Source of the DNA: an uncultured Bacteroides sp.
Lineage (GTDB): Bacteria; Bacteroidota; Bacteroidia; Bacteroidales; Bacteroidaceae
DNA length: 64,000 bases
Reading direction: 5' to 3'
Assembly (NCBI GenBank): GCA_944322345.1
Contig: CALUOO010000007.1
Span: 57,198-121,197, forward strand
Part shown: positions 1-11,508 of the stretch, piece after piece
How the letters are laid out: every line of letters begins with the position of its first letter
Numbering within the stretch: the first letter of the stretch is position 1
Translations under genes and position numbers: made by a program
The notes under the pieces: model-generated
What the model was told of the DNA's origin: nothing
The model's input: the letters and a program-made list of their open reading frames with translations, nothing else
Database searches by the model: none

Positions 1-219
1 CCGTTCTGTAAACATACAGGCTGGGTAGAGATTCTTGGATGTGGCATGGTAGACCCTAATGTACTTGATGCTAACGGCATTGATAGCAAAATATACAGCG
101 GTTATGCACTAGGAATGGGAATCGAACGTATTACAAATCTGAAATATCAAGTGAAAGATTTGCGTATGTTCTCAGAAAACGACACCCGTTTCCTGAAAGA
201 ATTTGAAGCCGCTTATTAA
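1..219 (+). CDS. pheS: Phenylalanyl-tRNA synthetase alpha subunit, 3' end (partial)
   Basis: Frame 1 reads [21 protein letters not shown]...[35 protein letters not shown], the class II aaRS motif 3 region of PheS; TAA at 217-219. Confidence 0.95.
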   Translation, partial: PFCKHTGWVEILGCGMVDPNVLDANGIDSKIYSGYALGMGIERITNLKYQVKDLRMFSENDTRFLKEFEAAY

Positions 220-243
220 TAAACCATCTACATACCACCGATT

Positions 244-290
244 ACACGGATTCATATAAACCTTTTTGCAGGATTTATATGAATCCGTGT
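244..290. terminator. Perfect 17-bp inverted repeat after pheS (likely terminator hairpin)
   Basis: ACACGGATTCATATAAA (244-260) / TTTATATGAATCCGTGT (274-290). Confidence 0.6.
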
Positions 291-318
291 GGTTTATAGG
301 TAGAAAAAATTCCTAATT

Positions 319-1518
319 ATGGCAAAGGATAAACTTATCACTATTGACTACTGCTGTATTCTAATAGCTAATTTTTTGCTTTACTTCGGCTTTTGGTTAC
401 TACTTCCAGTACTCCCATTCTATTTGGCTGAAGTCTTTCAAGCCGGGAATTCTACTATTGGCATTGTGCTATCATGCTATACGGTAGCAGCACTTTGCAT
501 CCGCCCTTTTTCTGGTTATTTTTTAGATACCTTTGCCCGCAAGCCTCTCTACCTGTTTGCATATTTCATTTTTATGATGGCTTTTGCAGGATATTTAATC
601 GCAACTTCTCTCACATTATTCATCATCTTCCGCATAATACATGGCGTATCCTTTGGAATGGTAACAGTAGGAGGCAACACAGTAGTCATAGATATCATGC
701 CTTCGTCACGCCGAGGTGAAGGGCTTGGATATTATGGACTCGCCAATAATATAGCTATGTCAGTAGGTCCCATGTTTGGACTGTTTTTACACGACGCAGG
801 CATCTCTTTCTCCACAATCTTTTGTTATTCATTAGGCTCATGTGTTTTAGGATTCACATCAGCCAGTTTGGTAAAAACTCCCTACAAACCACCTATAAAA
901 CGTGAGCCTATCTCCCTCGACCGTTTTATCTTACTCAAAGGAATCCCAGCAGGAATCTGTCTTCTATTACTTTCTATTCCTTATGGAATGACTACTAATT
1001 ATATTGCCATGTATTCTCGCCAGATAGGACTTCAAGTTCCAACAGGATTCTTTTTTACCTGTATGGCTGTAGGAATGGCTATCTCACGAATATTTTCGGG
1101 GAGACTTGTTGATCGAGGTAAAATAACTCAAGTTATAGCAACAGGTATTTATATCGTCATACTCAGTTTCTTTCTTCTATCTTTCTGCGCCAATTTGATT
1201 GTCTGGAATTCCACTGTATGCAGTATTCTGTTCTTTACCATTGCTTTATGCTTAGGTATTGGATTTGGAATCATGTTTCCGGCTTTTAATTCGTTATTTG
1301 TCAACTTAGCACCAAACAGTCAACGAGGCACAGCAACTTCCACCTACCTTACCTCATGGGATATAGGAATCGGAATCGGGATGTTAACAGGAGGATACAT
1401 TGCAGAAATCAGCACATTCGATAAAGCATACCTATTCGGGGCTTGTTTGACAATAATTTCTTCGATTTATTTTCATTTTAAAGTAGTTCCTCACTATCAT
1501 AAAAATAAACTCCGATGA
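319..1518 (+). CDS. MFS transporter
   Basis: 399 aa, about 12 hydrophobic segments, MFS loop motifs (GYFLDTFARK; GRLVDRGK). Confidence 0.9.
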   Translation: MAKDKLITIDYCCILIANFLLYFGFWLLLPVLPFYLAEVFQAGNSTIGIVLSCYTVAALCIRPFSGYFLDTFARKPLYLFAYFIFMMAFAGYLIATSLTLFIIFRIIHGVSFGMVTVGGNTVVIDIMPSSRRGEGLGYYGLANNIAMSVGPMFGLFLHDAGISFSTIFCYSLGSCVLGFTSASLVKTPYKPPIKREPISLDRFILLKGIPAGICLLLLSIPYGMTTNYIAMYSRQIGLQVPTGFFFTCMAVGMAISRIFSGRLVDRGKITQVIATGIYIVILSFFLLSFCANLIVWNSTVCSILFFTIALCLGIGFGIMFPAFNSLFVNLAPNSQRGTATSTYLTSWDIGIGIGMLTGGYIAEISTFDKAYLFGACLTIISSIYFHFKVVPHYHKNKLR

Positions 1519-2192
1519 GAATCAAAGAACGTTACGAAAAAGTTATCGCGTGGTTTCAACAAAATGTACCCACTGCCGAAACCGAATTGCACTACGAAAA
1601 TCCCTTCGAACTACTAATTGCGGTAATTCTTTCTGCGCAGTGTACCGACAAGCGTGTAAACATGATTACCCCTGCACTCTATCAAGCCTTTCCAACACCA
1701 GAAGCACTGGCTGCCAGTACACCTGAAACAGTTTTCGAATATATACGAAGTGTTTCCTATCCCAACAACAAATCTAAACATTTAGTAGGGATGGCACAGA
1801 TGTTGGTTAACGATTTCAACAGTCAAGTTCCAGACAAGCTGGACGATTTGATTAAACTGCCCGGGGTCGGACGAAAGACTGCTAATGTCATCCAGTCCGT
1901 CGCTTTTAACAAAGCAGCCATGGCAGTAGATACCCATGTATTCCGTGTCAGTCACCGTATCGGTTTAGTATCTTCCAAGTGTACTACTCCATTCAGTGTA
2001 GAAAAAGAATTAGTAAAACATATACCCGAGAATTTAATAAGCATCGCCCACCATTGGCTCATACTACATGGGCGTTATATTTGTCAGTCACGTTCTCCCC
2101 AATGTACCAAATGCGGACTACAAATGATGTGCAAACACTTCTGCAGCACATACAAAGTAAGTGAAAAGGCATCAAAAGCCAAGAATAAATGA
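1515..2192 (+). CDS. nth: Endonuclease III
   Basis: HhH motif LPGVGRKTANV, AVDTHVFRV, and C-terminal 4Fe-4S motif C-x6-C-x2-C-x5-C. Confidence 0.97.
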   Translation: MRIKERYEKVIAWFQQNVPTAETELHYENPFELLIAVILSAQCTDKRVNMITPALYQAFPTPEALAASTPETVFEYIRSVSYPNNKSKHLVGMAQMLVNDFNSQVPDKLDDLIKLPGVGRKTANVIQSVAFNKAAMAVDTHVFRVSHRIGLVSSKCTTPFSVEKELVKHIPENLISIAHHWLILHGRYICQSRSPQCTKCGLQMMCKHFCSTYKVSEKASKAKNK

Positions 2193-2223
2193 TAAACTAA
2201 TAGTAAAAAATAGAAATTAATAG

Positions 2224-2231
2224 TAACTTTG
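2224..2231 (+). promoter_or_regulatory. Bacteroidetes -7 promoter element for pgk
   Basis: TAACTTTG matches TAnnTTTG, 50 nt upstream of the pgk ATG. Confidence 0.65.
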
Positions 2232-2280
2232 CAGGCAATCGCAATAAAGATGATTCAAACACTTTAATATTAAAAGTATT

Positions 2281-3540
2281 ATGCAAACAATTGACAAATT
2301 CAATTTTGCCGGTAAAAAGGCATTTGTTCGCGTGGACTTCAATGTACCTCTGGACGAAAACTTCAACATCACAGACGACACTCGTATGCGTGCTGCACTT
2401 CCTACACTAAAGAAAATCTTAGCTGATGGAGGTAGTATCATTATTGGTTCTCACTTAGGTCGTCCCAAAGGAGTTGCTGATAAATTCTCTTTAAAACATA
2501 TATTGAATCACCTGTCAGAACTCTTAGGCGTAGAAGTTCAGTTTGCAAACGACTGCATGGGCGAAGAAGCTGCTACAAAGTCTGCAGCCTTGAAGCCGGG
2601 CGAAGTATTGGTATTGGAAAATCTTCGTTTCTATGCTGAAGAAGAAGGAAAACCTAGAGGATTGGCAGAAGATGCAACAGATGAAGAAAAGGCTGCTGCT
2701 AAAAAAGCTGTAAAAGAAAGCCAGAAAGAATTTACAAAGAAATTGGCATCTTATGCAGACTGCTATGTAAACGACGCATTCGGTACAGCACACCGTGCTC
2801 ATGCTTCAACAGCATTGATTGCTAAATATTTCGATGCCGACAACAAGATGTTCGGTTACCTGATGGAGAAAGAGGTTAAGGCTGTAGACAAAGTACTGAA
2901 CGACATTCACCGCCCCTTCACAGCTATTATGGGTGGATCTAAGGTTTCTTCAAAGATTGACATTATCGAGAACTTACTTAATAAAGTAGACAACCTGATC
3001 ATTGCAGGTGGTATGACTTACACATTCACCAAAGCAATGGGAGGAAAAATCGGAGTTTCAATCTGCGAAGACGATAAACTTGATCTTGCACTTGACTTGA
3101 TGAAGAAAGCTAAGGAAAAAGGTGTAAACCTCGTATTGGCTGTAGATGCTAAAATTGCAGATTCATTCTCTAACGATGCTAACACCCAGTTCTGCAATGT
3201 AAACGAAATTCCTGACGGATGGGAAGGATTGGATATAGGTCCTAAGACAGAAGAAATCTTTGCTAATGTTATCAAGCAATCTAAGACAATCCTTTGGAAC
3301 GGTCCTACAGGTGTATTCGAATTCGACAACTTTACTCACGGTTCACGTGCTGTAGGCGAAGCTATTGTTGAAGCAACCAAGAATGGTGCATTCTCACTTG
3401 TTGGAGGTGGAGACTCTGTTGCTTGCGTCAACAAATTTGGTTTAGCAAGCGGCGTATCTTACGTTTCTACCGGTGGTGGTGCATTGCTTGAAGCAATCGA
3501 AGGAAAAGTCCTTCCGGGTATTGCTGCTATCCAAGAATAA
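2281..3540 (+). CDS. pgk: Phosphoglycerate kinase
   Basis: [36 protein letters not shown] and STGGGA motifs. Confidence 0.99.
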   Translation: MQTIDKFNFAGKKAFVRVDFNVPLDENFNITDDTRMRAALPTLKKILADGGSIIIGSHLGRPKGVADKFSLKHILNHLSELLGVEVQFANDCMGEEAATKSAALKPGEVLVLENLRFYAEEEGKPRGLAEDATDEEKAAAKKAVKESQKEFTKKLASYADCYVNDAFGTAHRAHASTALIAKYFDADNKMFGYLMEKEVKAVDKVLNDIHRPFTAIMGGSKVSSKIDIIENLLNKVDNLIIAGGMTYTFTKAMGGKIGVSICEDDKLDLALDLMKKAKEKGVNLVLAVDAKIADSFSNDANTQFCNVNEIPDGWEGLDIGPKTEEIFANVIKQSKTILWNGPTGVFEFDNFTHGSRAVGEAIVEATKNGAFSLVGGGDSVACVNKFGLASGVSYVSTGGGALLEAIEGKVLPGIAAIQE

Positions 3541-3585
3541 GATAGAAGAATTCCACTTATAATAATGGAAGAAAAATAAAAAGCA

Positions 3586-3627
3586 TAAGGCTGTCTCAGA
3601 ATCGGAAAGAAGAATGAGACAGCCTTA
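3586..3627. terminator. Palindromic terminator/REP-like hairpin after pgk
   Basis: TAAGGCTGTCTCA / TGAGACAGCCTTA, 13-bp perfect arms. Confidence 0.7.
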
Positions 3628-3750
3628 ATTAATAACCAGCTATCCCCAATACATAAGCACCCTTTTCAGTAACCTTAAAATGTAAAAAACAAAAGATCCT
3701 TCTGGAAAACCGAACTTTAATCACATGGACTGAGATAATGCAGGATTAAT

Positions 3751-5955
3751 ATGATGGACGAGAAAACCGTAAACGAACAGTATAATCACATATGTACGCT
3801 TCTTGAAAGAAAGAGATTGAAAGAAGCATTAGTCCAACTGGAATCACAGCTTTGGCAAGCTCCGGACTGGGAACTTAAAAACCAATTGGAACAATTGCAG
3901 ACTTCCTACCAATACATGTTGGAATACATGCGTCAAGGAGCCGAAGATCCTGAAAGATGGAATCTACATAAAAAGCTAATTGCAGACACATGGGAGATTG
4001 CCGACCGATCACGCATATTAATGTTGGACGCTATTTCTTCGAAATATTATCACGAGGTGCGTCGCACTCCTAAATCGGCAACTCTGGCAACATACAACCT
4101 TACCAAAATAACTAAAATACTAGAATGCTTCAACGAAATCTTGTCCACTGAAAATCAGGCATCGAAAGATACCGAAGAGCAACTCAAACGGCATGAGGAA
4201 ACCTTAAAATACCTATTCCTGCAGACGTGGACCAATACGGGATGGACATCTCAGGAGGAAGAAGCAGCGCAGGGTATGCTACTTTCGGAACAAATTTCCA
4301 TGGAAGACCTGTGCGTATTCACCAGCAGTATCATGCTAAGCCTAATGGAATGCTTCGATACACGCAAAATCATATGGCTGCTGGACGCTTACAAATATCC
4401 GCAAACACATGTCAGCCAGCGTGCACTGGTCAGCCTGCTGATTATCCTACACATCTACAAAGAAAGAATCGGGCTCTATCCTGGTTTACAAGAGAAGATT
4501 GCCTCTATGTCCGAACTTACGGCGTTCCGAAAAGACGTGGCGCAAATCTACCGCCAGATGCTGCTCTGTCAGGAAACAGAGAAAATAGACAAAAAAATGA
4601 GGGAAGAGATTATCCCCGAAATGATAAAAAACACCTCTGCATACATGCGCAGCATGCGTTTTGGCACAGAGGAAAATGAAGATGAGAACAACGACCTCAA
4701 CCCCGATTGGGAAAGTATAGAGCAATCGGGATTAAGCGAAAAGCTGCGTGAGATGAGCGAGCTGCAGCTGGAAGGGGCAGATATATACATGAGTTCGTTT
4801 GCCAGTCTGAAGAACTATTCGTTCTTTAAAGAGGTGTACAACTGGTTCTATCCGTTCACCGAGAAACACTCTGAAATATTCAAAATACAGAACAAAGAAT
4901 CGGGAGTCAATCAGTTCCTGAAATTGATTCTGCAGTCGGGATTCTTCAGCAATAGTGACAAATATTCTTTCTTCTTCACGATTCATCAATTAACAGGGCC
5001 CCAGCAAAATATGATGATAGGGCAGCTCACCGAGCAGCAGGAGGCAGAACTGATGGAGTCCGCCAACACAGAGAAGCTGAAGAAATACAGCGACCAGCCG
5101 GAAGTCATCAGCAACCAATATCTGCACGACCTTTACCGCTTCTTCAAGCTGAGCGTGCGCCGTCAGGAGTTCAGAGATATTTTCAAAGAGAAGCTCGACC
5201 TGCACCACATCCCATTGCTCAAAGAGATTCTGTATACCGAAGAAGTGTTGTCGACCATTGCCAATTTCTATTTCCAGAAAGAGCGTTGGGAAGAAGCGAC
5301 CGAGGTGTATCAGGAACTGGAAAAGCTGGGATTCCCCGCCGAAAATGCAGTCCAATACTATCAGAAACTGGGATTCACTCTACAAAAAAGAAAGAAATTT
5401 GCAGATGCAATCGGCGCTTACAGGAAAGCCGAAATACTGAAAGAAGACAACATCTGGAACAACCGGCATCTGGCTACCTGCTATCGCCTGACAAGGAATT
5501 TCACAGCAGCGCTGTCATACTATAGGAAAATAGAAGAGGCGGCGCCCAACGATCCGAACATCGTCTTCCAGATAGCCAGCTGCCTCTTCGAGCTGGGAGA
5601 AAATGAAGAAGCATTGAATTACTTCTTCAAGCTCGATTTCATGGAAAACAATTCCGTCAAGGCATGGAGGGGAATCGGCTGGTGCTCCTTCGTCTGCCGG
5701 AAATACGAACAATCCATGAAATACTACGAACGGATTATCGGACACAAGCCCTTGCCAATCGACTATATGAACGCAGGACACGTGGCATGGGCAATGGGGA
5801 ACGTCGCCAATGCTGCCGTATTCTATGGAAAAGCAATCACGGCAAACGGCGGTAACAGGGAAGAATTCCTGAGCATGTTTGAAAAAGATAAGAATGCCCT
5901 TCTCGAGCAAGGCATCCGCGAAGAAGAAATCCCCCTTATGCTGGATTTGATTTGA
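3751..5955 (+). CDS. Tetratricopeptide repeat protein
   Basis: 734 aa, helical, with C-terminal TPR-like repeats (AxxYYxKxxE, LGxCxxxLG patterns). Confidence 0.85.
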   Translation: MMDEKTVNEQYNHICTLLERKRLKEALVQLESQLWQAPDWELKNQLEQLQTSYQYMLEYMRQGAEDPERWNLHKKLIADTWEIADRSRILMLDAISSKYYHEVRRTPKSATLATYNLTKITKILECFNEILSTENQASKDTEEQLKRHEETLKYLFLQTWTNTGWTSQEEEAAQGMLLSEQISMEDLCVFTSSIMLSLMECFDTRKIIWLLDAYKYPQTHVSQRALVSLLIILHIYKERIGLYPGLQEKIASMSELTAFRKDVAQIYRQMLLCQETEKIDKKMREEIIPEMIKNTSAYMRSMRFGTEENEDENNDLNPDWESIEQSGLSEKLREMSELQLEGADIYMSSFASLKNYSFFKEVYNWFYPFTEKHSEIFKIQNKESGVNQFLKLILQSGFFSNSDKYSFFFTIHQLTGPQQNMMIGQLTEQQEAELMESANTEKLKKYSDQPEVISNQYLHDLYRFFKLSVRRQEFRDIFKEKLDLHHIPLLKEILYTEEVLSTIANFYFQKERWEEATEVYQELEKLGFPAENAVQYYQKLGFTLQKRKKFADAIGAYRKAEILKEDNIWNNRHLATCYRLTRNFTAALSYYRKIEEAAPNDPNIVFQIASCLFELGENEEALNYFFKLDFMENNSVKAWRGIGWCSFVCRKYEQSMKYYERIIGHKPLPIDYMNAGHVAWAMGNVANAAVFYGKAITANGGNREEFLSMFEKDKNALLEQGIREEEIPLMLDLI

Positions 5956-5963
5956 CAAAGACG

Positions 5964-6220
5964 TGCTGCAATCTTCCTCCAAACAGAGGAGAAAGAAGCT
6001 AGATTGCTGAAATCTTCCTCCAAACAGAGGGGAAGAAGCCAGATTGCTGAAATCTTGCCCCAAACAGAGGGGGAAGAAGCCAGATTGCTGAAATCTTCCT
6101 CCAAACAGAGGGGGAAGAAGCCAGATTGCTGAAATCTTCCTCCAAACAGAGGGGGAAGAAGCCAGATTGCTGCAATCTTCCTCCAACTAGAAAGCGAGAA
6201 ACAAGATTGCAGCAATCTTC
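5964..6220. repeat. Tandem array of ~6.5 copies of a 40-41-bp unit
   Basis: Unit AGATTGCTGAAATCTTCCTCCAAACAGAGGGGGAAGAAGCC starts at 6001, 6041, 6082, 6123 and 6164, with degenerate copies at 5964 and 6204; lies between convergent genes. Confidence 0.95.
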
Positions 6221-6266
6221 TTTAAAACAGATGACGGTGAAGAAAGAAACTCCGGACAGCGGAATA

Positions 6267-6857
6267 TTACAGATTCCTCAGCTCCCGATACAGTCGCTGA
6301 ACAGGAAGCCCCATAATGTTATAAAAGCTTCCGGAAATAGATTTAACGCCAATATACCCAATCCACTCCTGTATTCCATAAGCACCGGCCTTATCCATCG
6401 GGCTATAGCGGTCGACGTAATACTCAATCTCTTCTTCCGAAAGGTGGTCGAACAGCACGTCGGATGAAACAACAAAACTTTTCTGCCACTCGGTTGTAGT
6501 CAGGCAAACGCCGGTAAAAACCTGATGGGATTTTCCGGAGAGCAGCCGCAGCATCTCCATCGCTCCCTGACGCCCAACCGGTTTTCCAAGCACCTGCCCG
6601 TCGAGCCAAACAATCGTATCGGCAGTAATCAGCAGTTCGTCCTCTTCCATCGTTGGACGATAGGCAGCTGCCTTTTCTCTGGAAATGTACTCAGGAATCT
6701 CCCCTTCTACCAATGTATCGGGATAAGCCTCATCCACATCCGGCAAGGTCCTAACAACATAATCTATTCCCAACCCTGACAGCAGTTCTTTTCTCCGTGG
6801 AGAGTTGGAAGCAAGTATCACACGATATTTATTTAAATTCTCAAGCATATCTTTCAA
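6267..6857 (-). CDS. maf: Maf-like nucleoside triphosphate pyrophosphatase
   Basis: ILASNSPRRKELL, LLITADTIV and DKAGAYGIQ motifs. Confidence 0.95.
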   Translation of the reverse strand: MKDMLENLNKYRVILASNSPRRKELLSGLGIDYVVRTLPDVDEAYPDTLVEGEIPEYISREKAAAYRPTMEEDELLITADTIVWLDGQVLGKPVGRQGAMEMLRLLSGKSHQVFTGVCLTTTEWQKSFVVSSDVLFDHLSEEEIEYYVDRYSPMDKAGAYGIQEWIGYIGVKSISGSFYNIMGLPVQRLYRELRNL

Positions 6858-6876
6858 AAAAGAAAATCAATCTAAT

Positions 6877-8173
<1,297 letters not shown>

Positions 8174-8188
8174 TTCTTCTTTAATTTT

Positions 8189-8524
8189 CTATCGCTTGGC
8201 TATCAGCAACAATACTCCTCCTATCAATAGCAATGCCAGCGGCAATAAATAGCCCGACAATGTTCCCAGCCACGACATCACCAGTCCGATGTTCATCACC
8301 AGCCAAAGAGCCAGCAAAACAAATCCTACCGACTTGTCACGCTTAAATATCAAGAAACAGATAGAAGTATACAACAATAAATTGTCCTTATGCATTACCC
8401 ACGGAAGACCGATAGATGCAAAATGAATCAGCTTGTCTATCAAAAAGAGCAAACCGATGATGATCAGCGACACTGCCGTAGCCTTGTACGTGTCTTTATT
8501 ATTATTTGCCTTAACAGCAGCCAT
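8189..8524 (-). CDS. Hypothetical membrane protein (about 4 TM)
   Basis: 111 aa, strongly hydrophobic; fits the operon spacing. Confidence 0.7.
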   Translation of the reverse strand: MAAVKANNNKDTYKATAVSLIIIGLLFLIDKLIHFASIGLPWVMHKDNLLLYTSICFLIFKRDKSVGFVLLALWLVMNIGLVMSWLGTLSGYLLPLALLLIGGVLLLIAKR

Positions 8525-8526
8525 CT

Positions 8527-9084
8527 TTATTTACCTCCGTATTCATTAATATGAATTTTCTCCCACTGCAGATGTTCCTCATTAAAAGGTTTACGTTCCA
8601 TTCCTTTATGCCCGATAGCAATTACCGACAACACCTGAAGTTGTAAAGGAATGCCCAGAATTCCATGTACAAACTCATCGGAAGACATCCCGGTTGCTGT
8701 AAAACGTTCACGTACCTGTACCCAGCAGCTTCCCAAGCCCAAATCCTCAGCCTGTAGCTGAATCATTATGGAAGCAATAGAGGCATCTTCAATCCATACA
8801 TCACTTGCCAATGGATCGGCCAATACTACAATAGCCAAAGCAGCATCAGCAATAAATGAAGCCGACTGTTCCTTGCAATGAGACAACTCCTTCAGCTTTT
8901 CCTTATCATCTATCACTATAAACTGCCAACAATTACTACGTTTAGAGGTAGGAGCCATCAAAGCGGCTTTCATCAAAGATACCACTTCGTCCTGAGTCAG
9001 CTCTTCATCGGTAAACTTGCGCATACTGCGCCTATTCTTTATTAATTCACTGAAATTTTCCATAAGTCCAATGTTATCAAACAA
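8527..9084 (-). CDS. Nitroreductase family protein
   Basis: IKNRRSMRKF, AALMAPTS and LQAEDLGLGSCWV motifs. Confidence 0.92.
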   Translation of the reverse strand: MFDNIGLMENFSELIKNRRSMRKFTDEELTQDEVVSLMKAALMAPTSKRSNCWQFIVIDDKEKLKELSHCKEQSASFIADAALAIVVLADPLASDVWIEDASIASIMIQLQAEDLGLGSCWVQVRERFTATGMSSDEFVHGILGIPLQLQVLSVIAIGHKGMERKPFNEEHLQWEKIHINEYGGK

Positions 9085-9619
9085 TCCTCGACAGTTCGCC
9101 CGTCGTTGAATCTATTATAAATCCATATACTTTCACATCTGTTGGAATCAACGGATGGTGGATTATAAAATCAACCGTTCCACGCACGGATTTCTCCGTA
9201 TCCTCAAACCCGTCAAGCCATGCATTAAAGTCTACTCCACAGAAGCGCATCATGTCGATATAGTCCGCATTTACACCACGCGCCTTCATCTTCTCTATCA
9301 TCTCATCGCTCTGCATATGGCAGGCTCCACAGTCAGAATGGGCAATTACCATCACCTCCTCTACACCTAGTTCGTAAATTGCCACCAGCAGACTCCGGAT
9401 CACACTTCCGAAAGGATGCGATATTACTCCTCCTGCATTTTTGATCATCTTTACATCCCCATTCTTAATGCCCAATGCAGCAGGAAGTAAAGCTGTAAGA
9501 CGAGTATCCATGCATGACAAAATGGCTATTTTCTTATCAGGATATTTGTTAGTAATATATTCCTTATATCCTTCGTTTGCAACAAACTCTTTATTATATG
9601 CTAAAATCTCTTCAATCAT
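9077..9619 (-). CDS. Beta-class carbonic anhydrase
   Basis: Zn ligands CMDTR and HSDCG; KNAGG motif. Confidence 0.93.
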   Translation of the reverse strand: MIEEILAYNKEFVANEGYKEYITNKYPDKKIAILSCMDTRLTALLPAALGIKNGDVKMIKNAGGVISHPFGSVIRSLLVAIYELGVEEVMVIAHSDCGACHMQSDEMIEKMKARGVNADYIDMMRFCGVDFNAWLDGFEDTEKSVRGTVDFIIHHPLIPTDVKVYGFIIDSTTGELSRIV

Positions 9620-9756
9620 ATTTTGTAGTCACAATTTAATATTCATGTCAGCAGATACGCAAAGATAGCTAAATTGCTCTCTCATTTTATAAGTTCTCAA
9701 CAAAAATGCATCTTTTTTTGTTGAAAGAGAAATAAAAAGTATAAATTTGTGCATAC

Positions 9757-10755
9757 ATGCCACTTAAACTAACTACATACTATCACGGGAAAGACATCCC
9801 CAACCTGCCGGGAGAAAACACATTCCATTCTAAAGAGTTGTTTCAAATCTATGAATCAACCCCAAGATATTCTCCGCTCCTTATTGTGGCAACCATCGAC
9901 AGTTGTCCGGTAGCGCGTCTGCTGGCCGCTATACGAAAAACAAAGAAATGGCTTCCAGCCTCTCTTTCCAAACAATGTGTTGTATACGGAACAGGAGAGA
10001 TATTAGACAATACACACCGATTATCACATAAAGAAAAAGAAGATATATTCGGAGAAATCTTAGAGCATCTGGTACAGGAAGCCTCACGTTCTTGCCTTAT
10101 TATAGAATTCAGGAATCTAGAGAATTCAATGTTCGGTTACCGTTATTTTCGAAGAAACGGATTCTTCCCCGTCAACTGGCTTCGGGTGCGTAATTCCTTA
10201 CATAGTATGAAGAAGGTAGAAGAACGATTCAGTCCTTCGCGCATACGACAGGTAAAAAAAGGCATCCGTAATGGAGCAATCGCCACCGAAGCTTATACGG
10301 CAGATGAAATCAGATCTTTCGCCAAAATGCTGCACAAGGTATATTCATCACGTATACGCCGTTATTTCCCCAATAAAGAATTCTTCGACCATTTCAGCAA
10401 GATGCCAGTAGAAGAAAAACGGGGAAAGATATTCATCGTAAAATATAAGGAAAAAATCATAGGTGGTTCTGTCTGCATCTATTCCGGCGACAATGCTTAT
10501 CTTCTGTTCTCCGGAGGAATGAAGAAAACCTATGCAGCCCAATATCCCGGTATACTCGCTGTATGGAAAGCTCTGGAGGATGCTCATCAGAGTGGGTATC
10601 GTCATATGGAGTTTATGGATGTAGGACTCCCGTTCAGACGCCACGGATATCGCGAATTTGTGCTTCGTTTTGGGGGAAAACAGAGTAGTACACGACGTTG
10701 GTTTCGTATCAACTGGAAATGGCTCAACAAACTATTGGTCAAAATATATGTATAA
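9757..10755 (+). CDS. GNAT/FemAB-like acyltransferase domain protein
   Basis: C-terminal FemAB-like segment (GYRHMEFMDVG...LRFGG); TAAATTTG promoter element at 9742-9749. Confidence 0.75.
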   Translation: MPLKLTTYYHGKDIPNLPGENTFHSKELFQIYESTPRYSPLLIVATIDSCPVARLLAAIRKTKKWLPASLSKQCVVYGTGEILDNTHRLSHKEKEDIFGEILEHLVQEASRSCLIIEFRNLENSMFGYRYFRRNGFFPVNWLRVRNSLHSMKKVEERFSPSRIRQVKKGIRNGAIATEAYTADEIRSFAKMLHKVYSSRIRRYFPNKEFFDHFSKMPVEEKRGKIFIVKYKEKIIGGSVCIYSGDNAYLLFSGGMKKTYAAQYPGILAVWKALEDAHQSGYRHMEFMDVGLPFRRHGYREFVLRFGGKQSSTRRWFRINWKWLNKLLVKIYV

Positions 10756-10811
10756 TTATCCATAAATCAATTATTATTTCCACAATCCGACAAGCTGTTA
10801 TCAACAATCTC

Positions 10812-10857
10812 ACGAGATATGCATCTCGTACTGCATGAGATGTACATCTCGTACATC
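10812..10857. repeat. Two 23-bp-period palindromic units (GAGAT-N4-ATCTC)
   Basis: GAGATatgcATCTC at 10814 and GAGATgtacATCTC at 10837. Confidence 0.8.
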
Positions 10858-11074
10858 ACCGTTTTCCTTTTCCCAAACAGCATTACCTTACCACCCTACT
10901 TTCTTATCGGGACATCATATACAATAATCAACCTGATAAATCTGATTAGCAAACCCATTCTCTCACTCAAATTAAATGCAGAATTATTTCTTTATTAAGC
11001 AAGAAATCGTTTTCTTTGTGCAGTTTTATGCTATGCAAAAAACTGATTTAATACCAAATTAAAATTGATTCATT

Positions 11075-11479
11075 ATGAAGATTTCTCACATTGAACATTT
11101 GGGCATTGCTGTTAAAAGCATCGAAGAAGCCCTCCCTTATTACGAAAATGTGTTAGGCCTAAAATGTTACAACATTGAAACAGTAGAAGATCAAAAAGTA
11201 AGAACTGCTTTTCTGAAAGTTGGAGAAACAAAAATCGAGCTGTTAGAGCCAACTTGTCCGGAAAGTACAATTGCAAAATTCATTGAAAACAAAGGTGCAG
11301 GAGTACACCATGTTGCATTTGCCATTGAAGATGGTGTAGCTAATGCACTGGCAGAAGCAGAAGAAAAAGGTATACGTCTTATCGACAAGTCTCCCCGTAA
11401 AGGTGCTGAAAATCTGAATATCGCCTTCCTGCATCCAAAATCAACGTTAGGCGTACTGACAGAACTCTGTGAACACTAA
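11075..11479 (+). CDS. mce: Methylmalonyl-CoA epimerase
   Basis: VOC fold: IEHLGIAV, KIELLEP, GVHHVAF, AFLHPKS. Confidence 0.96.
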   Translation: MKISHIEHLGIAVKSIEEALPYYENVLGLKCYNIETVEDQKVRTAFLKVGETKIELLEPTCPESTIAKFIENKGAGVHHVAFAIEDGVANALAEAEEKGIRLIDKSPRKGAENLNIAFLHPKSTLGVLTELCEH

Positions 11480-11508
11480 TCCATAACCCTTAAAAACAAC
11501 AAGGACTC

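Noticed and set aside
5964-6220. CRISPR array
   Set aside because: The units are head-to-tail with no unique spacers, and there are no cas genes in the window.
5515-6467. ORFs 5515-6186 (-), 5823-6215 (-) and 6126-6467 (+) with repeated peptides
   Set aside because: They are artefacts of the tandem DNA repeat and of antisense overlap with the TPR and maf genes.
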